Shown in pieces: positions 34,523 to 45,295 of a stretch of DNA of 48,654 nucleotides. The position numbers were made by a program, and so were the translations under genes. Below the pieces are notes generated by a model that saw nothing but the letters and a program-made list of their open reading frames with translations, ran no database searches and was not told the origin of the DNA. Origin of the DNA: an uncultured Coriobacteriaceae bacterium (GTDB lineage Bacteria; Actinomycetota; Coriobacteriia; Coriobacteriales; Atopobiaceae); assembly GCA_902772085.1 (NCBI GenBank), contig CACXZL010000002.1, positions 1-48,654 of the forward strand, written 5' to 3'. Each line of letters opens with the position of its first letter. The first letter of the stretch is position 1.

Positions 34523-36688
34523 ATGACAAACGAAACTGCTGCTATAAGCACAAACGACGAGAGAGCGATGAGGCGGGCAAAGCGCCAGTCTCTGATTGAC
34601 GAGGGCGTCAATCCGTATCCCATTGCCTCTCATGTAAACGCCCACGTCGCGGACCTGTCATCTGCATATGCCGGGCTTGAGGCGGGCGGGGTCGACGACC
34701 GGGCCGCGGCGTATACATTGGCAGGGCGCATCCGCGCAAAGCGCGGTCACGGCAAGCTGATGTTTATCGATCTCGAGGATTGCAGCGGCCGGATTCAGCT
34801 GTTTTTCCGGATAAACAACCTCACGGAAGACGTATGGGAGCTTGCGCACCAGGTTGACGTCGGGGACATCGTGGAGGCCGAAGGTACGGTGATGCGCACC
34901 AAGCGAGGCGAGCTGTCCCTTATGGTGGCGGAGCTTCGGGTGCTTTCCAAATCGCTGCGTCCCCTTCCGGAGAAGTTCCATGGCCTTTCAGACCGTGAGG
35001 TACGGTACCGTCAGCGCTACGTGGACCTCATCATGAATCCGGAGGTCAAGGATACGTTTGTGAAGCGCTCTCGCATCACCTCGGCCATTCGTCGCTTCAT
35101 GGAGGACCAGGGGTATCTCGAGGTCGAGACCCCGATTTTGCAGGAGACGCTCGGCGGTGCGAACGCCAGGCCCTTTACCACGCACTTCAACGTGCTCGAT
35201 CAGGACTGCTATCTGCGCATCGCGACGGAGCTGCATCTCAAGCGCTGCTTGGTGGGCGGACTCGAGCGCGTGTTTGAGGTGGGCCGTCAGTTTAGAAATG
35301 AGGGCATGGACCTCACGCACAACCCTGAGTTCACCTCAATGGAGGCATACTGCGCCTATGGCGACCTAAACACGATGAAGGAATTGAGCGAAGGCCTGTT
35401 TCATGCGTGCGCTGCGGTAGTGGGCAAGGGCGATGCCATCGTGTATCAGGGTCAGACCGTCGACATCTCAAGCCCGTGGCGTTCGATTCCCATGCATGAG
35501 CTGGTCAGCGAGGTCGTGGGCGAGCGCGTGAGCATCGACACGCCCGTGGAGCGCCTGCGCGAGATCCTGCAGGCAAACGAGCTCGAATGGGAGCCTGGCT
35601 GGGGCGCAGGCAAGCTGATCTTTGAACTGTATGACGAGCTTTGCGAGAAGACCATCGTCAACCCTACGTTCGTGTGCGATTATCCCGTTGAGGTCAGCCC
35701 GCTTGCCAAGCGCAAGGACGATGACCCGCGGCTCACCGACCGTTTCGAGCTCGTGGTGTGCGGCAAGGAGTACGCAAACGCCTTTTCCGAGCTCAACGAC
35801 CCCGTCGATCAAGAGGGAAGGTTCGCGGCTCAGGTGGAGGCGAAGGCCGCCGGCGACGACGAGGCCATGGAATACGACTACGACTATGTGCGTGCCCTCG
35901 AGTATGGGATGCCACCCGCAGGCGGCATCGGATATGGCATCGACCGCATCATCATGCTCTTTTGCGACCAGCCTGCCATTCGCGACGTGATCCTCTTCCC
36001 GCATCTGCGTCCTGAGCGCCGTGAACGGACGTCAAGTGTTTCGACTGCTCAGCCTGTGGAAGAGCCGGGCGCCGAGGAAAACGCCCAGAGAGGCGAGGCG
36101 CTTGATCCGGGCATCACGCGGGATGCGGCGTTCGGGCTTTTGAAGAAGCACAACCAGGACGAGTTCCATATCCGGCATGCCGAAACCCTTGAAGGGCTCA
36201 TGCGCTACTACGCAGAGAAATACGATCCAGAGAATGTCGATTTTTGGGGCATCGTGGGTTTGCTGCATGACTTGGATTGGGAGGAGTGGCCAGATCCCGT
36301 GCAGCACACGGTGAAGACCGCCGAGCTACTGGAAGAGGTGGGTGCAAATCCAGCCGTCGCCAAGGCGATCCAGACGCATAACTCAGATCACAACGAAGAC
36401 TTGCCGAAACCCGAGCACAAGATGGAGCGTGTGCTGTGGGCCTGCGATGAGCTCTCGGGTCTTATTCAGGCGGCCATACTCATGAGGCCGAGCAAGTCCG
36501 TGATGGACTTCAACGTCAAGTCGTTGCGCAAGAAGTACAAGGACAAGCGCTTTGCGGCCGGTTGCGATCGCGCGCAAATCGCAAAAGGCGCCGAGCTGAA
36601 CGACATGGAGCTCGGGGATCTTTTCGCAAGCGTCATCGAGGCCATGAAAGCCATTGCGCCGGATCGCGACACCTTCGGCAAAGAGTAA
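34523..36688 (+). CDS. lysS: Class II lysine--tRNA ligase fused to a C-terminal HD-domain phosphohydrolase
   Basis: Residues 1 to about 495 are a full LysRS (OB fold, FRNEGMDLTHNPEFT, GGIGYGIDRIIM). After a roughly 35-aa linker, residues about 530-721 carry HIRHAE...LLHDLDW...QTHNSDH...ACDELS (HD superfamily). Confidence 0.85.
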   Translation: MTNETAAISTNDERAMRRAKRQSLIDEGVNPYPIASHVNAHVADLSSAYAGLEAGGVDDRAAAYTLAGRIRAKRGHGKLMFIDLEDCSGRIQLFFRINNLTEDVWELAHQVDVGDIVEAEGTVMRTKRGELSLMVAELRVLSKSLRPLPEKFHGLSDREVRYRQRYVDLIMNPEVKDTFVKRSRITSAIRRFMEDQGYLEVETPILQETLGGANARPFTTHFNVLDQDCYLRIATELHLKRCLVGGLERVFEVGRQFRNEGMDLTHNPEFTSMEAYCAYGDLNTMKELSEGLFHACAAVVGKGDAIVYQGQTVDISSPWRSIPMHELVSEVVGERVSIDTPVERLREILQANELEWEPGWGAGKLIFELYDELCEKTIVNPTFVCDYPVEVSPLAKRKDDDPRLTDRFELVVCGKEYANAFSELNDPVDQEGRFAAQVEAKAAGDDEAMEYDYDYVRALEYGMPPAGGIGYGIDRIIMLFCDQPAIRDVILFPHLRPERRERTSSVSTAQPVEEPGAEENAQRGEALDPGITRDAAFGLLKKHNQDEFHIRHAETLEGLMRYYAEKYDPENVDFWGIVGLLHDLDWEEWPDPVQHTVKTAELLEEVGANPAVAKAIQTHNSDHNEDLPKPEHKMERVLWACDELSGLIQAAILMRPSKSVMDFNVKSLRKKYKDKRFAAGCDRAQIAKGAELNDMELGDLFASVIEAMKAIAPDRDTFGKE

Positions 36689-36959
36689 AGGGACTCTCGG
36701 TCAGGTTCCATTCTCCCGGACGATGTGCCGTGCCAAGTTCCGCGACATGGCGAGGACCGTTTGAGGACGGGCGCCCACTGCGCCACGGGCTTGTCCCGTC
36801 CGGCGGAATGGGTTGCGTGCGTTGGCTTTTGTGGTGTAGCGGCCATTGCCTTCAACTGTATGCACAAATTCTCTGTATGCAATGTGCTTGAATTGGGTAC
36901 ATTGCACTTGTCAAACGAGACGAGGCCGTGCATATCGGCCAAGGGGAAGAGAGACCCAT

Positions 36960-39557
36960 ATGTTTGAAAAGTTTACCGATAAGGCGCGCAGGGTGATGAA
37001 CCTTGCGCAAGACGAGGCGCGCAACTTGGGCCGTATGTTTGTGGGTACCGAGCATTTGCTTCTCGCCCTGATAAAGGAAGGCGAGGGGGTGGCATCCCAG
37101 GCGCTGGCGAAGCTCGACGTGACCTATGATGAGACGATAGAGACCGTGCGAAGCCTCGCAAAGGACGATGGCGAGCCTACCCCAGGCGGCCATATTCCGT
37201 TTACTCCGCGCGCAAAGCGAGTGCTCGAGAACTCGTATCGTGAAATGATGGACCGCGGCCAGAGCTACATCGCTACCGAGCACCTGCTTTTGGGCATAGT
37301 GTCTGAGGGCAACGGGCGCGCCATGGAGACGCTGGGACGCATGGGCGTCTCCGGCGATGCCGTGCGCAACGCCGTTGACGAGCTCATTGCCAGCAGCAGC
37401 GAAAAACAAGCCAGCCGTCCAAAGACCGGCGTGGGAGACGTGCGCAACGCTGGCGGCATGCCGTTTCCGGGTATGCAGCAAAACCAAGGCGATGACGACG
37501 GCTCCATGCTGGAGCGCTATGGTCGCAACCTCACCAAGCTCGCCGAGCAGGGCAGGCTCGATCCCGTCATAGGTCGCGACCGCGAGATAGAACGAGTCAT
37601 GCAGGTCATGGCGCGTCGCCAAAAAAACAACCCGCTGATTCTCGGCGATCCTGGCGTGGGAAAGACCGCCATCGTCGAGGGGCTGGCCCAGCTTATATCT
37701 GGCGGCAACGTGCCCGACATCTTGCGTGACAAGCAGATCTGGACGCTTGACGTCGCGTCGCTCGTGGCTGGCTCCAAGTATCGTGGCGAATTCGAGGAGC
37801 GACTCAAGAAGGTCGTTGCCGAGGTCATGGAATCAAAGAACGCGATTCTATTCATTGACGAGATGCATACCATCATAGGCGCGGGCTCTGCCGAGGGTTC
37901 CATCGATGCCGCAAGCATTCTGAAGCCTCCCCTGTCGCGAGGCGAGATTCAAGTGATCGGCGCTACGACGGCCGACGAGTATCGCAAGCACATCGAGAAG
38001 GACTCTGCGCTTGAACGTCGATTCCAGCCCGTGAACATTGGCGAGCCGAGTCCCGAGGACACGCTTCAGATTCTTCGTGGCCTTCAGGCTGCCTACGAAG
38101 AGCACCATCACGTAAGCTATACCGACGAGGCCATGGCCGCTGCGGTGATGCTTTCAAATCGCTATATCCAGGACCGCTTCCTGCCCGACAAGGCCATCGA
38201 CCTGCTCGACGAGGCTGGTGCTCGCACGCGCGTGCACAAGATGGCGCTTCCGCCCGAGCTTTCGGCGGTGGATGAGGAGCTCGCACGCGTCAAGCAGCAG
38301 AAGTCCGAGGCTGCGCAAGCTCAGGAGTTCGAGGAGGCTGCGAGACTGCGTGACCGCGAGCGTGAGCTCACCACGAAGAAGACCGAACTCGAAGAAGCAT
38401 GGCGCAAGAAAATGGACGAAAACGTCGTCGTGGTGAACGAGTCCGATATCGCAGACGTCGTGTCTTCCATCTCTGGCGTACCCGTGAGCAACCTCACCGA
38501 GGGCGAGGCAAGCAAGCTCTTGCGCTGCGAGGACGTTCTGCATCAGCGCGTGATAGGGCAGGACGAGGCGGTGAGCGCGGTCAGTCGTGCGATTCGCCGT
38601 AGCCGCTCTCCGCTCAAGGACCCTCGCCGTCCTGGTGGCTCGTTCATTTTCCTTGGTCCGTCGGGCGTGGGAAAGACGGAGCTGGCAAAGGCGCTCGCAG
38701 AGTTCTTGTTTGGCAGTGAGGATGCGCTCATAAGCTACGATATGAGCGAGTTCATGGAAAAGCATGCCGTGAGCAAGCTGGTGGGTGCTCCTCCGGGATA
38801 CGTGGGCTACGACGAGGGCGGCGAACTTACCAAGGCGGTGCGTCGTCGTCCATACTCGGTGGTCCTCTTTGACGAGATCGAAAAGGCACATCCAGACGTC
38901 TTCAATATCCTGTTGCAGATCCTTGACGAGGGGCGTCTTACGGATGGCCAGGGTCGCCACGTGGACTTCTCAAACACCGTGGTCATCATGACTTCAAATA
39001 TCGGCGCCCGCGATATTGCCCAGACCACGACCATGGGCTTCGGAGGGTCCGGTGGTGGGCTGTCAAACAAAGAAATCAACTCCCGCGTTATGAGCGAGTT
39101 GAAGAGGCTCTTCCGCCCAGAGTTCCTGAACCGTGTGGATGAGATTGTGGTCTTCAAGTCGCTGACGAGCGAGCAGCTTCGTGGCATCGTGGACCTCATG
39201 GTCATGGATCTGCGTCGTCGTCTCTACAGCCAGGGCATGTCCATCGAGCTTACAGACGCGGCGCGCGATCTCGTGGCAAAGAAGGGCACCGATAAGATAT
39301 ACGGTGCCCGGCCCCTCCGCCGCGCCATCCAGACGCTCATCGAGGACCAGCTGGCGGAAGAGATGCTCGGTGGCAAGTGGCAGGCGGGCGACATCATCTA
39401 CGTGGACGTGACTGAGGATGGCGAGACGCTGTCCTTTGCCAAGGGCGCGGGACAAATAATCGCCCCGGAGGAGCGCGTGCACATGGACATAGCTCCGGCC
39501 AGGAGCCAGTGGTCGGCGCCGCGTGCTCCTGCACCAGATAGCATATCCGCAGAGTAA
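36960..39557 (+). CDS. clpC: ATP-dependent Clp protease ATP-binding subunit ClpC
   Basis: ORF trimmed to ATG 36960 ([20 protein letters not shown]). Clp_N repeats, two AAA+ modules ([16 protein letters not shown]) and a UVR linker ([12 protein letters not shown]). Confidence 0.9.
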   Translation: MFEKFTDKARRVMNLAQDEARNLGRMFVGTEHLLLALIKEGEGVASQALAKLDVTYDETIETVRSLAKDDGEPTPGGHIPFTPRAKRVLENSYREMMDRGQSYIATEHLLLGIVSEGNGRAMETLGRMGVSGDAVRNAVDELIASSSEKQASRPKTGVGDVRNAGGMPFPGMQQNQGDDDGSMLERYGRNLTKLAEQGRLDPVIGRDREIERVMQVMARRQKNNPLILGDPGVGKTAIVEGLAQLISGGNVPDILRDKQIWTLDVASLVAGSKYRGEFEERLKKVVAEVMESKNAILFIDEMHTIIGAGSAEGSIDAASILKPPLSRGEIQVIGATTADEYRKHIEKDSALERRFQPVNIGEPSPEDTLQILRGLQAAYEEHHHVSYTDEAMAAAVMLSNRYIQDRFLPDKAIDLLDEAGARTRVHKMALPPELSAVDEELARVKQQKSEAAQAQEFEEAARLRDRERELTTKKTELEEAWRKKMDENVVVVNESDIADVVSSISGVPVSNLTEGEASKLLRCEDVLHQRVIGQDEAVSAVSRAIRRSRSPLKDPRRPGGSFIFLGPSGVGKTELAKALAEFLFGSEDALISYDMSEFMEKHAVSKLVGAPPGYVGYDEGGELTKAVRRRPYSVVLFDEIEKAHPDVFNILLQILDEGRLTDGQGRHVDFSNTVVIMTSNIGARDIAQTTTMGFGGSGGGLSNKEINSRVMSELKRLFRPEFLNRVDEIVVFKSLTSEQLRGIVDLMVMDLRRRLYSQGMSIELTDAARDLVAKKGTDKIYGARPLRRAIQTLIEDQLAEEMLGGKWQAGDIIYVDVTEDGETLSFAKGAGQIIAPEERVHMDIAPARSQWSAPRAPAPDSISAE

Positions 39558-39565
39558 CTCGTATG

Positions 39566-39616
39566 ATGGCTCCGCCAAAGGAGGGCGAAACCTCTTTTGG
39601 CGGAGCCATGTTTTTT
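39566..39616 (+). terminator. Rho-independent terminator after clpC
   Basis: ATGGCTCCGCCAAAGGAGGGCGAAACCTCTTTTGGCGGAGCCATGTTTTTT. Confidence 0.85.
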
Positions 39617-39732
39617 GGCAGGGCTCAAACGACATGCATATGCGCGATCGTATTGAAGGCCGATTGCGCATGATTCTCGCGTATACTCTTGCATGTGTTG
39701 GACAATCTCATCGTAGGGGGGCGGCTCATTAA

Positions 39733-40809
39733 ATGCAGAATATAAGTACAACCAAAAGCGTACGAGACCGCATAGACGAGGCGTTTCGCATGACGGCTCC
39801 AGGATCTCCTCTAAGGCATGCCTTGGACATGATCATCGCCGGTCATATGGGCGCACTCATCTGCGTGGGAGATGAGGAGAAGGTAATGGCCTCGGGAAAC
39901 GACGGGTTTCCCCTCAACATCTCCTTTACCTCAAATCGCCTCTTTGAGCTCAGCAAGATGGATGGGGCCATTGTCATCGACCAAAGCCTTACGCAGATCC
40001 TTCGGGCAAACTATCACTTGAACCCCGATCCTGGACTTCCCACCAGCGAAACGGGCATGCGCCATCGGACGGCGGCCCGCATGAGCCTGCTTACTGATGC
40101 GGTTGTCATTTCGGTGTCGGAGCGCCGCCAGGTCATAAACGTGTTTGTGGACGGCAGGGGATACGAGCTCAAGACGGTGGCCGAGCTGATGGGATCGGTA
40201 AATCAGCTCATCTCCGCCATGCAATCGACGCGAGAGCGCCTTGACCACAAGCTTGCCCGCCTGACGTCGCTCGAGCTCCAGAATCAGGTCACGCTTGCAG
40301 ACCTCACGGAAGTCTTCTATCTCTTTGAAGTGCTCACAACGGCGGGCGACGACCTCAAGTACATCATCGTGCAGCTTGGCAACGAGGCGCGCACGGTGCG
40401 TATGCAGCGTGACGAATTCCTTGGCGACCTCGATGACGAGTACTCGCTGATGATTCGCGACTATGCGGCGGATAGCTCCGAGGAAAACGCGGCGGCAATA
40501 CGTCGCGCCCTTGACGACACGGCAAACTCGCAGGTCCATAAGGCGAGCAACATCGCACATCTGCTGGGTTACGACGACCTGCGCGAGGATTCGGTTATGA
40601 CGCCGCTCGGCTTGCGCACGCTCTCAAACGTGTCAGTGGTTCGAGAGGGGATGGCCGAGCAGATCGTGGACGAGTACGGCTCGCTTCAAGACCTCATCGA
40701 CCTTATTGACGAGAACCCCGACAATCTCGACAATCTTGAGGTCACAGGCGTGCGCAATCCGTCGATTCTGGCGGATACGCTCTTCCGCATGAGGGGCTCT
40801 CGCTCATGA
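39733..40809 (+). CDS. disA: DNA integrity scanning protein / diadenylate cyclase DisA
   Basis: 358 aa with APGSPLRHALDMIIAGHMGALICVG...MDGAIVID...HRTAAR (DAC domain) and a C-terminal HhH region. Confidence 0.9.
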   Translation: MQNISTTKSVRDRIDEAFRMTAPGSPLRHALDMIIAGHMGALICVGDEEKVMASGNDGFPLNISFTSNRLFELSKMDGAIVIDQSLTQILRANYHLNPDPGLPTSETGMRHRTAARMSLLTDAVVISVSERRQVINVFVDGRGYELKTVAELMGSVNQLISAMQSTRERLDHKLARLTSLELQNQVTLADLTEVFYLFEVLTTAGDDLKYIIVQLGNEARTVRMQRDEFLGDLDDEYSLMIRDYAADSSEENAAAIRRALDDTANSQVHKASNIAHLLGYDDLREDSVMTPLGLRTLSNVSVVREGMAEQIVDEYGSLQDLIDLIDENPDNLDNLEVTGVRNPSILADTLFRMRGSRS

Positions 40810-41576
40810 GCGAGGGCTCTGCGTGCGCGTGCGCACAGGCACAGCTTGTGACGCCAAGGGAAGACGCGGCAGATACGTGTGCCATCATAGTCGCCGGAGG
40901 CTCGGGAGAGCGCTTTGGTGATCCGCGCGGCAAGCAATTCGTGGAGCTAGGCGGATTGCCGATCGCGGCTTGGTCCATTCTGGCCTTTTCGGAGGCGCCG
41001 AGCGTGGCGCAGATCGTGGTGGTGTGCTCAGAAAAGCGCGTACGGGAGATGCGGCATGACGTGCTCGACAGGCTTGAGCTTTGCCATGAGGTCGCCTTGG
41101 CGCCCGCAGGCGTTACGCGGCAGGATTCCGTCTTCTCCGGTCTCATGGCGTCACGGGACGATCTTCCGCTCGTGGCCATTCATGACGCCGCTCGCCCGCT
41201 CATCGAGGTGGAAACCATCGAGAACTGCTTGGCAGCCGTTCGTGGCCAGAAGGGCGTGGATGGGGCGATTTGCGCTTCGCGCTCCACCGATACGCTCAAG
41301 GTCGTGGATGAGTCGGGCCGTATAGTGGGGACGCCGGATAGGACTCAATACTGGTGCGCCATGACCCCTCAGGTCTTTTTGCGTTCCAAGATCTTGCGGG
41401 CACACGAGATGGCGTTGCTTCAGGGGTTTGAAGGCACGGATGACGCGAGTCTCGTGGAGCATGCGGGAGGTACGGTGCGGGTGGTAGAGTCCCCGCGCGA
41501 CAACATAAAGATCACGGTGCCCGAGGACTTGGCCATTGCGGAGGCGACGTTGCGGGCGCGACTGGGTACGGCGTAG
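40806..41576 (+). CDS. ispD: 2-C-methyl-D-erythritol 4-phosphate cytidylyltransferase
   Basis: AIIVAGGSGERFG...KQF and ...HDAARP... motifs. ATGA overlap with disA. Confidence 0.9.
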   Translation: MSEGSACACAQAQLVTPREDAADTCAIIVAGGSGERFGDPRGKQFVELGGLPIAAWSILAFSEAPSVAQIVVVCSEKRVREMRHDVLDRLELCHEVALAPAGVTRQDSVFSGLMASRDDLPLVAIHDAARPLIEVETIENCLAAVRGQKGVDGAICASRSTDTLKVVDESGRIVGTPDRTQYWCAMTPQVFLRSKILRAHEMALLQGFEGTDDASLVEHAGGTVRVVESPRDNIKITVPEDLAIAEATLRARLGTA

Positions 41577-41599
41577 CTTGCAACGGGAAGGGAGCCTAG

Positions 41600-42073
41600 A
41601 TGCTTCGTATAGGTCACGGATATGACGTGCATCAGTTTGCCGAGGGACGACGGTGCGTCCTGGGGGGCGTGGACATACCTTACGCGCGAGGCCTTCTGGG
41701 CCATTCGGACGCGGACGTGCTTGCGCACGCACTGGCCGATGCCGTCTTGGGGGCGGCACGACTGGGCGACATGGGGACGCTCTTTCCGGATACCGACCCC
41801 GCCTATGAAGGCGCGGACTCAATGGTGCTTCTGTCGCGCGTGGCTGCGCTGGTGCGTGAGCATGGCTTCACGATACTCGACGTGGACTGCACGGTGGCGG
41901 CGCAGGTCCCCAAGCTCTCCCCACACCGCGCGCAGATGCGGGCCAACCTCGCGTCGGCGCTCGGCGTGGATGTGGAGCAGGTGGGGGTGAAGGCCACGAC
42001 GACCGAGCGGCTCGGTTTTGTTGGCCGCGAGGAGGGCATAGCCGCCTGGGCCGTTGCCCTCCTCAAAAGCTGA
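41600..42073 (+). CDS. ispF: 2-C-methyl-D-erythritol 2,4-cyclodiphosphate synthase
   Basis: [13 protein letters not shown]...[12 protein letters not shown]... Confidence 0.92.
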   Translation: MLRIGHGYDVHQFAEGRRCVLGGVDIPYARGLLGHSDADVLAHALADAVLGAARLGDMGTLFPDTDPAYEGADSMVLLSRVAALVREHGFTILDVDCTVAAQVPKLSPHRAQMRANLASALGVDVEQVGVKATTTERLGFVGREEGIAAWAVALLKS

Positions 42074-42177
42074 CATGGTGACGGCTGACAGGACGACGAG
42101 GAACTGTCGGCTTTGACATGTGCGAGTGCTCAGCCCTTGCGCTATTATCTATGGGAAACCGACGGATAGGAGTCCGG

Positions 42178-43662
42178 ATGCTTGTATACAACAGCCAGAA
42201 TCACCGCAAGCAGGAGCTTGAGCCCATCGAGCCTGGCAAAATTCGCATGTATGTGTGTGGTCCGACCGTATACGATCAGATTCACATAGGAAATGGCCGC
42301 ACGTTCCTGAGCTTTGACGTGATTCGCCGCTACCTCATGTACAAGGGCTATGAGGTTACGTTTGCCCAGAACCTCACCGACGTGGACGACAAGATCATAA
42401 ATCGTGCCAACGAGCAGGGTCGCACGGCTGCAGAGGTCGCCGAGGAGTTCAGCGACAAGTTCATCGAGCAGATGCATCGCTTTGGCATTCTGGATCCCGA
42501 CATTCGCCCTCGCGCCACACGTGAGATCGAGGCCATGCAAGGGATGATCGCATCGCTCATCGAGCAGGGCCATGCGTACGCGGTTCCCAGTGGCGACGTG
42601 TACTTCTCCGTGCGGAGCGACCACTCGTATGGCGTGCTTTCCGGACGCAACCTCGACCAGCTCCGCGCAGGCGAGCGCGTGGAAGTAAACGACGAGAAGC
42701 GCGACCCCTTCGACTTCGCGCTGTGGAAGGCGGCAAAGCCGGGGGAGCCGAGCTGGCCGAGTCCATGGGGAGAAGGACGTCCTGGCTGGCATACCGAGTG
42801 CTGTGCCATGATTCATCGCTATCTCGGTACGCCCATAGACATCCACGGAGGTGGCGCAGACCTCATCTTCCCACACCATGAGAACGAGACTGCCCAAGCC
42901 ATGTGCGCTTGGCATGCTCCGCTGGCAAACGTGTGGATGCATGCGGGCATGCTCCAGATCAACGAGGAGAAGATGTCGAAGAGCCTGGGCAATTTCTATA
43001 CGCTCAAAGAGGTGCTCGACCGGTATTCGGCAAATGCCGTGCGCATACTCATGCTGCAGACGCACTACCGCGCCCCGCTGGACTTTTCATTCGATCGCCT
43101 TGACGGAGCGGTGAGCACGTTGGAGCGTCTCGTGAGCTGCGTCAAGAATCTGCGGTGGGCTGCTGAGGCAGCGCCTCAAGACGGCCATCTCACGGAAGCC
43201 GATCGCGCGCTCGGGACCGAGATCGACGAGACCTACGCCGAGTTCACGGCGAGCATGGATGACGACTTCAACACCGCAGGTGGCTTGGCGGCCATATTTG
43301 GCCTCGTGACCTCGTCAAACAAGTACCTTTCCGAGGCGGCGGGCACCATCGAGACCGCCGTGACGCTGCGTGCCGCCGACGCGCTCGTGGAGCTGTGTGG
43401 CGTGCTGGGCATAGATTTGCAGCAGGAGATGGGCAAAGACGAGGAGCTTCCCTCGGAGCTGGTGTCGATGGCGGCGGAGCATGCGGGCTACGCTGGCACG
43501 AGCCCCTCAGAGGCGGCGGACGCCCTTCTTGATGCGCGCCAAGAAGCCCGTGCGGCCAAGAACTGGGGCCTGGCCGATGCGATACGAGACGGCATAGCGG
43601 CTCTCGGCCTCGTGGTGGAAGACACCGCAGCCGGCGCCCGTCTTCGCATGAAGAAGGACTAG
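42178..43662 (+). CDS. cysS: Cysteine--tRNA ligase
   Basis: ORF trimmed to ATG 42178 (MLVYNSQNHRKQEL...MYVCGPTVYDQIHIGNGR). HIGN and KMSKS motifs are present. Confidence 0.9.
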   Translation: MLVYNSQNHRKQELEPIEPGKIRMYVCGPTVYDQIHIGNGRTFLSFDVIRRYLMYKGYEVTFAQNLTDVDDKIINRANEQGRTAAEVAEEFSDKFIEQMHRFGILDPDIRPRATREIEAMQGMIASLIEQGHAYAVPSGDVYFSVRSDHSYGVLSGRNLDQLRAGERVEVNDEKRDPFDFALWKAAKPGEPSWPSPWGEGRPGWHTECCAMIHRYLGTPIDIHGGGADLIFPHHENETAQAMCAWHAPLANVWMHAGMLQINEEKMSKSLGNFYTLKEVLDRYSANAVRILMLQTHYRAPLDFSFDRLDGAVSTLERLVSCVKNLRWAAEAAPQDGHLTEADRALGTEIDETYAEFTASMDDDFNTAGGLAAIFGLVTSSNKYLSEAAGTIETAVTLRAADALVELCGVLGIDLQQEMGKDEELPSELVSMAAEHAGYAGTSPSEAADALLDARQEARAAKNWGLADAIRDGIAALGLVVEDTAAGARLRMKKD

Positions 43663-43769
43663 CGCGACCCGCTGAGCACAACGCCGTTCTGCGCGTCCTT
43701 GTCAAGCGCCACATTGATTACCACGGCTTGTCCGAGCCGACCGTTCGAAAAGAAGGTGGGTCTTTCTCC

Positions 43770-44678
43770 ATGGCAAAGAACCAATCTCGAAAACCTGGCC
43801 GTGACGTGCGTGGGGGTACGGGCAAGCGTGTGCGCAAGGGCGCCTCCCCCGCCCGCCCGTATCGCAAAGACGCCTCGCGCCACGGCTATCCACGTGCCGC
43901 CACAAGGAAGCGATCGGAGAGCATGGGCGCGTCAAACCTCATAGAGGGACGAAGGGCCTGTGCAGAGGCGCTTGACGCCCATATCCCGCTTAAACGGGCG
44001 CTGGTGGCGGCAAGCGCCGGGGAGAGGGACCGCACGCTGGACGAGCTGGTAGTGCGGATCGAGCAGGCAGACGTGCCGGTGGAGTATGTGGCGCGTGACC
44101 GGTTGGATTCGCGCTCCTCTCACGGCGCCCATCAGGGCATCATGCTCGAGGTGGAGCCGTTTGAGTATGCCGCCCTCGGCGACGTGATCGCCGCGGCTGG
44201 CGAGGGGGATGCGCTGGTCTTGTTGCTCGACCACGTTACCGACGAGGGCAACTTTGGCGCAATCGTGCGTACGGCTGAGGTCGTAGGGGCAGCGGGCGTG
44301 GTCGTGGCGAATGCGCGCGCCGCTCGTGTGGGCACGGCGGCATACAAAACGTCTGCCGGCGCGGTTCTTCACGTGCCCATAGCCCAAGTGCCAAACCTTG
44401 CGACTGCCATAGAGCAGCTGAAAGATGCCGGCTTCTGGGTGGGCGCCGCCACTGAGCACGCGCACGACGACGTATGGCATGCTCCGCTCGATGGCCGCAT
44501 CTGTCTTGTGATGGGGTCTGAAGGCTCGGGCGTCTCTCCGCTGGTGCGCAAGAAGTGCGACTTCGAATGCAAGCTTCCGCAGCGTGGCCGCGTGGAGTCG
44601 CTCAACGTGGCCCAGGCCGCGACGGCGCTTTGCTACGAATGGCTTCGTCGCGCTATGAGCGAGGAGCAGGACACATGA
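43770..44678 (+). CDS. rlmB: 23S rRNA (guanosine-2'-O)-methyltransferase RlmB (SpoU/TrmH family)
   Basis: SpoU motifs (DHVTDEGNFGAIVRTAE, LVMGSEGSGVS, LNVAQA) with a basic N-terminal extension. The start is uncertain (43728 or 43770). Confidence 0.85.
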   Translation: MAKNQSRKPGRDVRGGTGKRVRKGASPARPYRKDASRHGYPRAATRKRSESMGASNLIEGRRACAEALDAHIPLKRALVAASAGERDRTLDELVVRIEQADVPVEYVARDRLDSRSSHGAHQGIMLEVEPFEYAALGDVIAAAGEGDALVLLLDHVTDEGNFGAIVRTAEVVGAAGVVVANARAARVGTAAYKTSAGAVLHVPIAQVPNLATAIEQLKDAGFWVGAATEHAHDDVWHAPLDGRICLVMGSEGSGVSPLVRKKCDFECKLPQRGRVESLNVAQAATALCYEWLRRAMSEEQDT

Positions 44679-45256
44679 CGCACGCCAACCTGCCTCTTTT
44701 GCTCGTAGACGGCTACAACGTCATAGGTGCCGATCCGCGCTACCAGGCAGTCGTGGACGAGCATGCCGGTGCAGGTGCGCTTGCTGACGTGGCGTCGCTC
44801 TCCCGCGATCCCTATGGGCACGATCCGTTCGATTCGGCGCGTTACCAGCTGGCTTCCGATGTGGCGACGTATGCCCAAGGTCGCTATGAGGCCGTCGTGG
44901 TCTTTGACGCGGCGGGCAATCTCTCGGATCATCGGCCTTCCTTCAGCCCGGGCGGCGTGCGTATGGTGTTTTCTCGCACGGGAGAGTCTGCCGACACGGT
45001 AATCGAGCGCTATGCCACGCGTGCCCGCAACCAAGGCAGGGAAGTGCTGCTCGTCACCTCCGACAATGCGATTCGCGCAACGGTAGGCGGCATTCCCGTC
45101 ACGTGCATATCGAGCCGTCTTCTCGCGCATGACATGGCGGTGACCAATTCAGAAGTGCACGTTGCCCAAGAAGAACGCTCCCACATGCGCATGACTTTGG
45201 AAGATCGTCTTGATCCTGCCGCTCGCGAGAGGCTTTGGAAGCTGCTGGGAAGATAG
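44675..45256 (+). CDS. NYN-domain ribonuclease YacP/Rae1-like
   Basis: ATG 44675 overlaps the rlmB stop (ATGA). LLLVDGYNVIG...VVFDA...TSDN, in the conserved position after rlmB. Confidence 0.8.
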   Translation: MTHANLPLLLVDGYNVIGADPRYQAVVDEHAGAGALADVASLSRDPYGHDPFDSARYQLASDVATYAQGRYEAVVVFDAAGNLSDHRPSFSPGGVRMVFSRTGESADTVIERYATRARNQGREVLLVTSDNAIRATVGGIPVTCISSRLLAHDMAVTNSEVHVAQEERSHMRMTLEDRLDPAARERLWKLLGR

Positions 45257-45295
45257 CTTTATCTGGGATTGCGCTGTGTCACAGGTATATGAAAG

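Noticed and set aside
36877-36908. Inverted repeat TGCAATGT-N14-ACATTGCA upstream of clpC as a CtsR/ClgR operator.
   Set aside because: It matches neither the CtsR direct heptad repeat nor the ClgR consensus as I recall them. An 8-bp inverted repeat alone is weak evidence.
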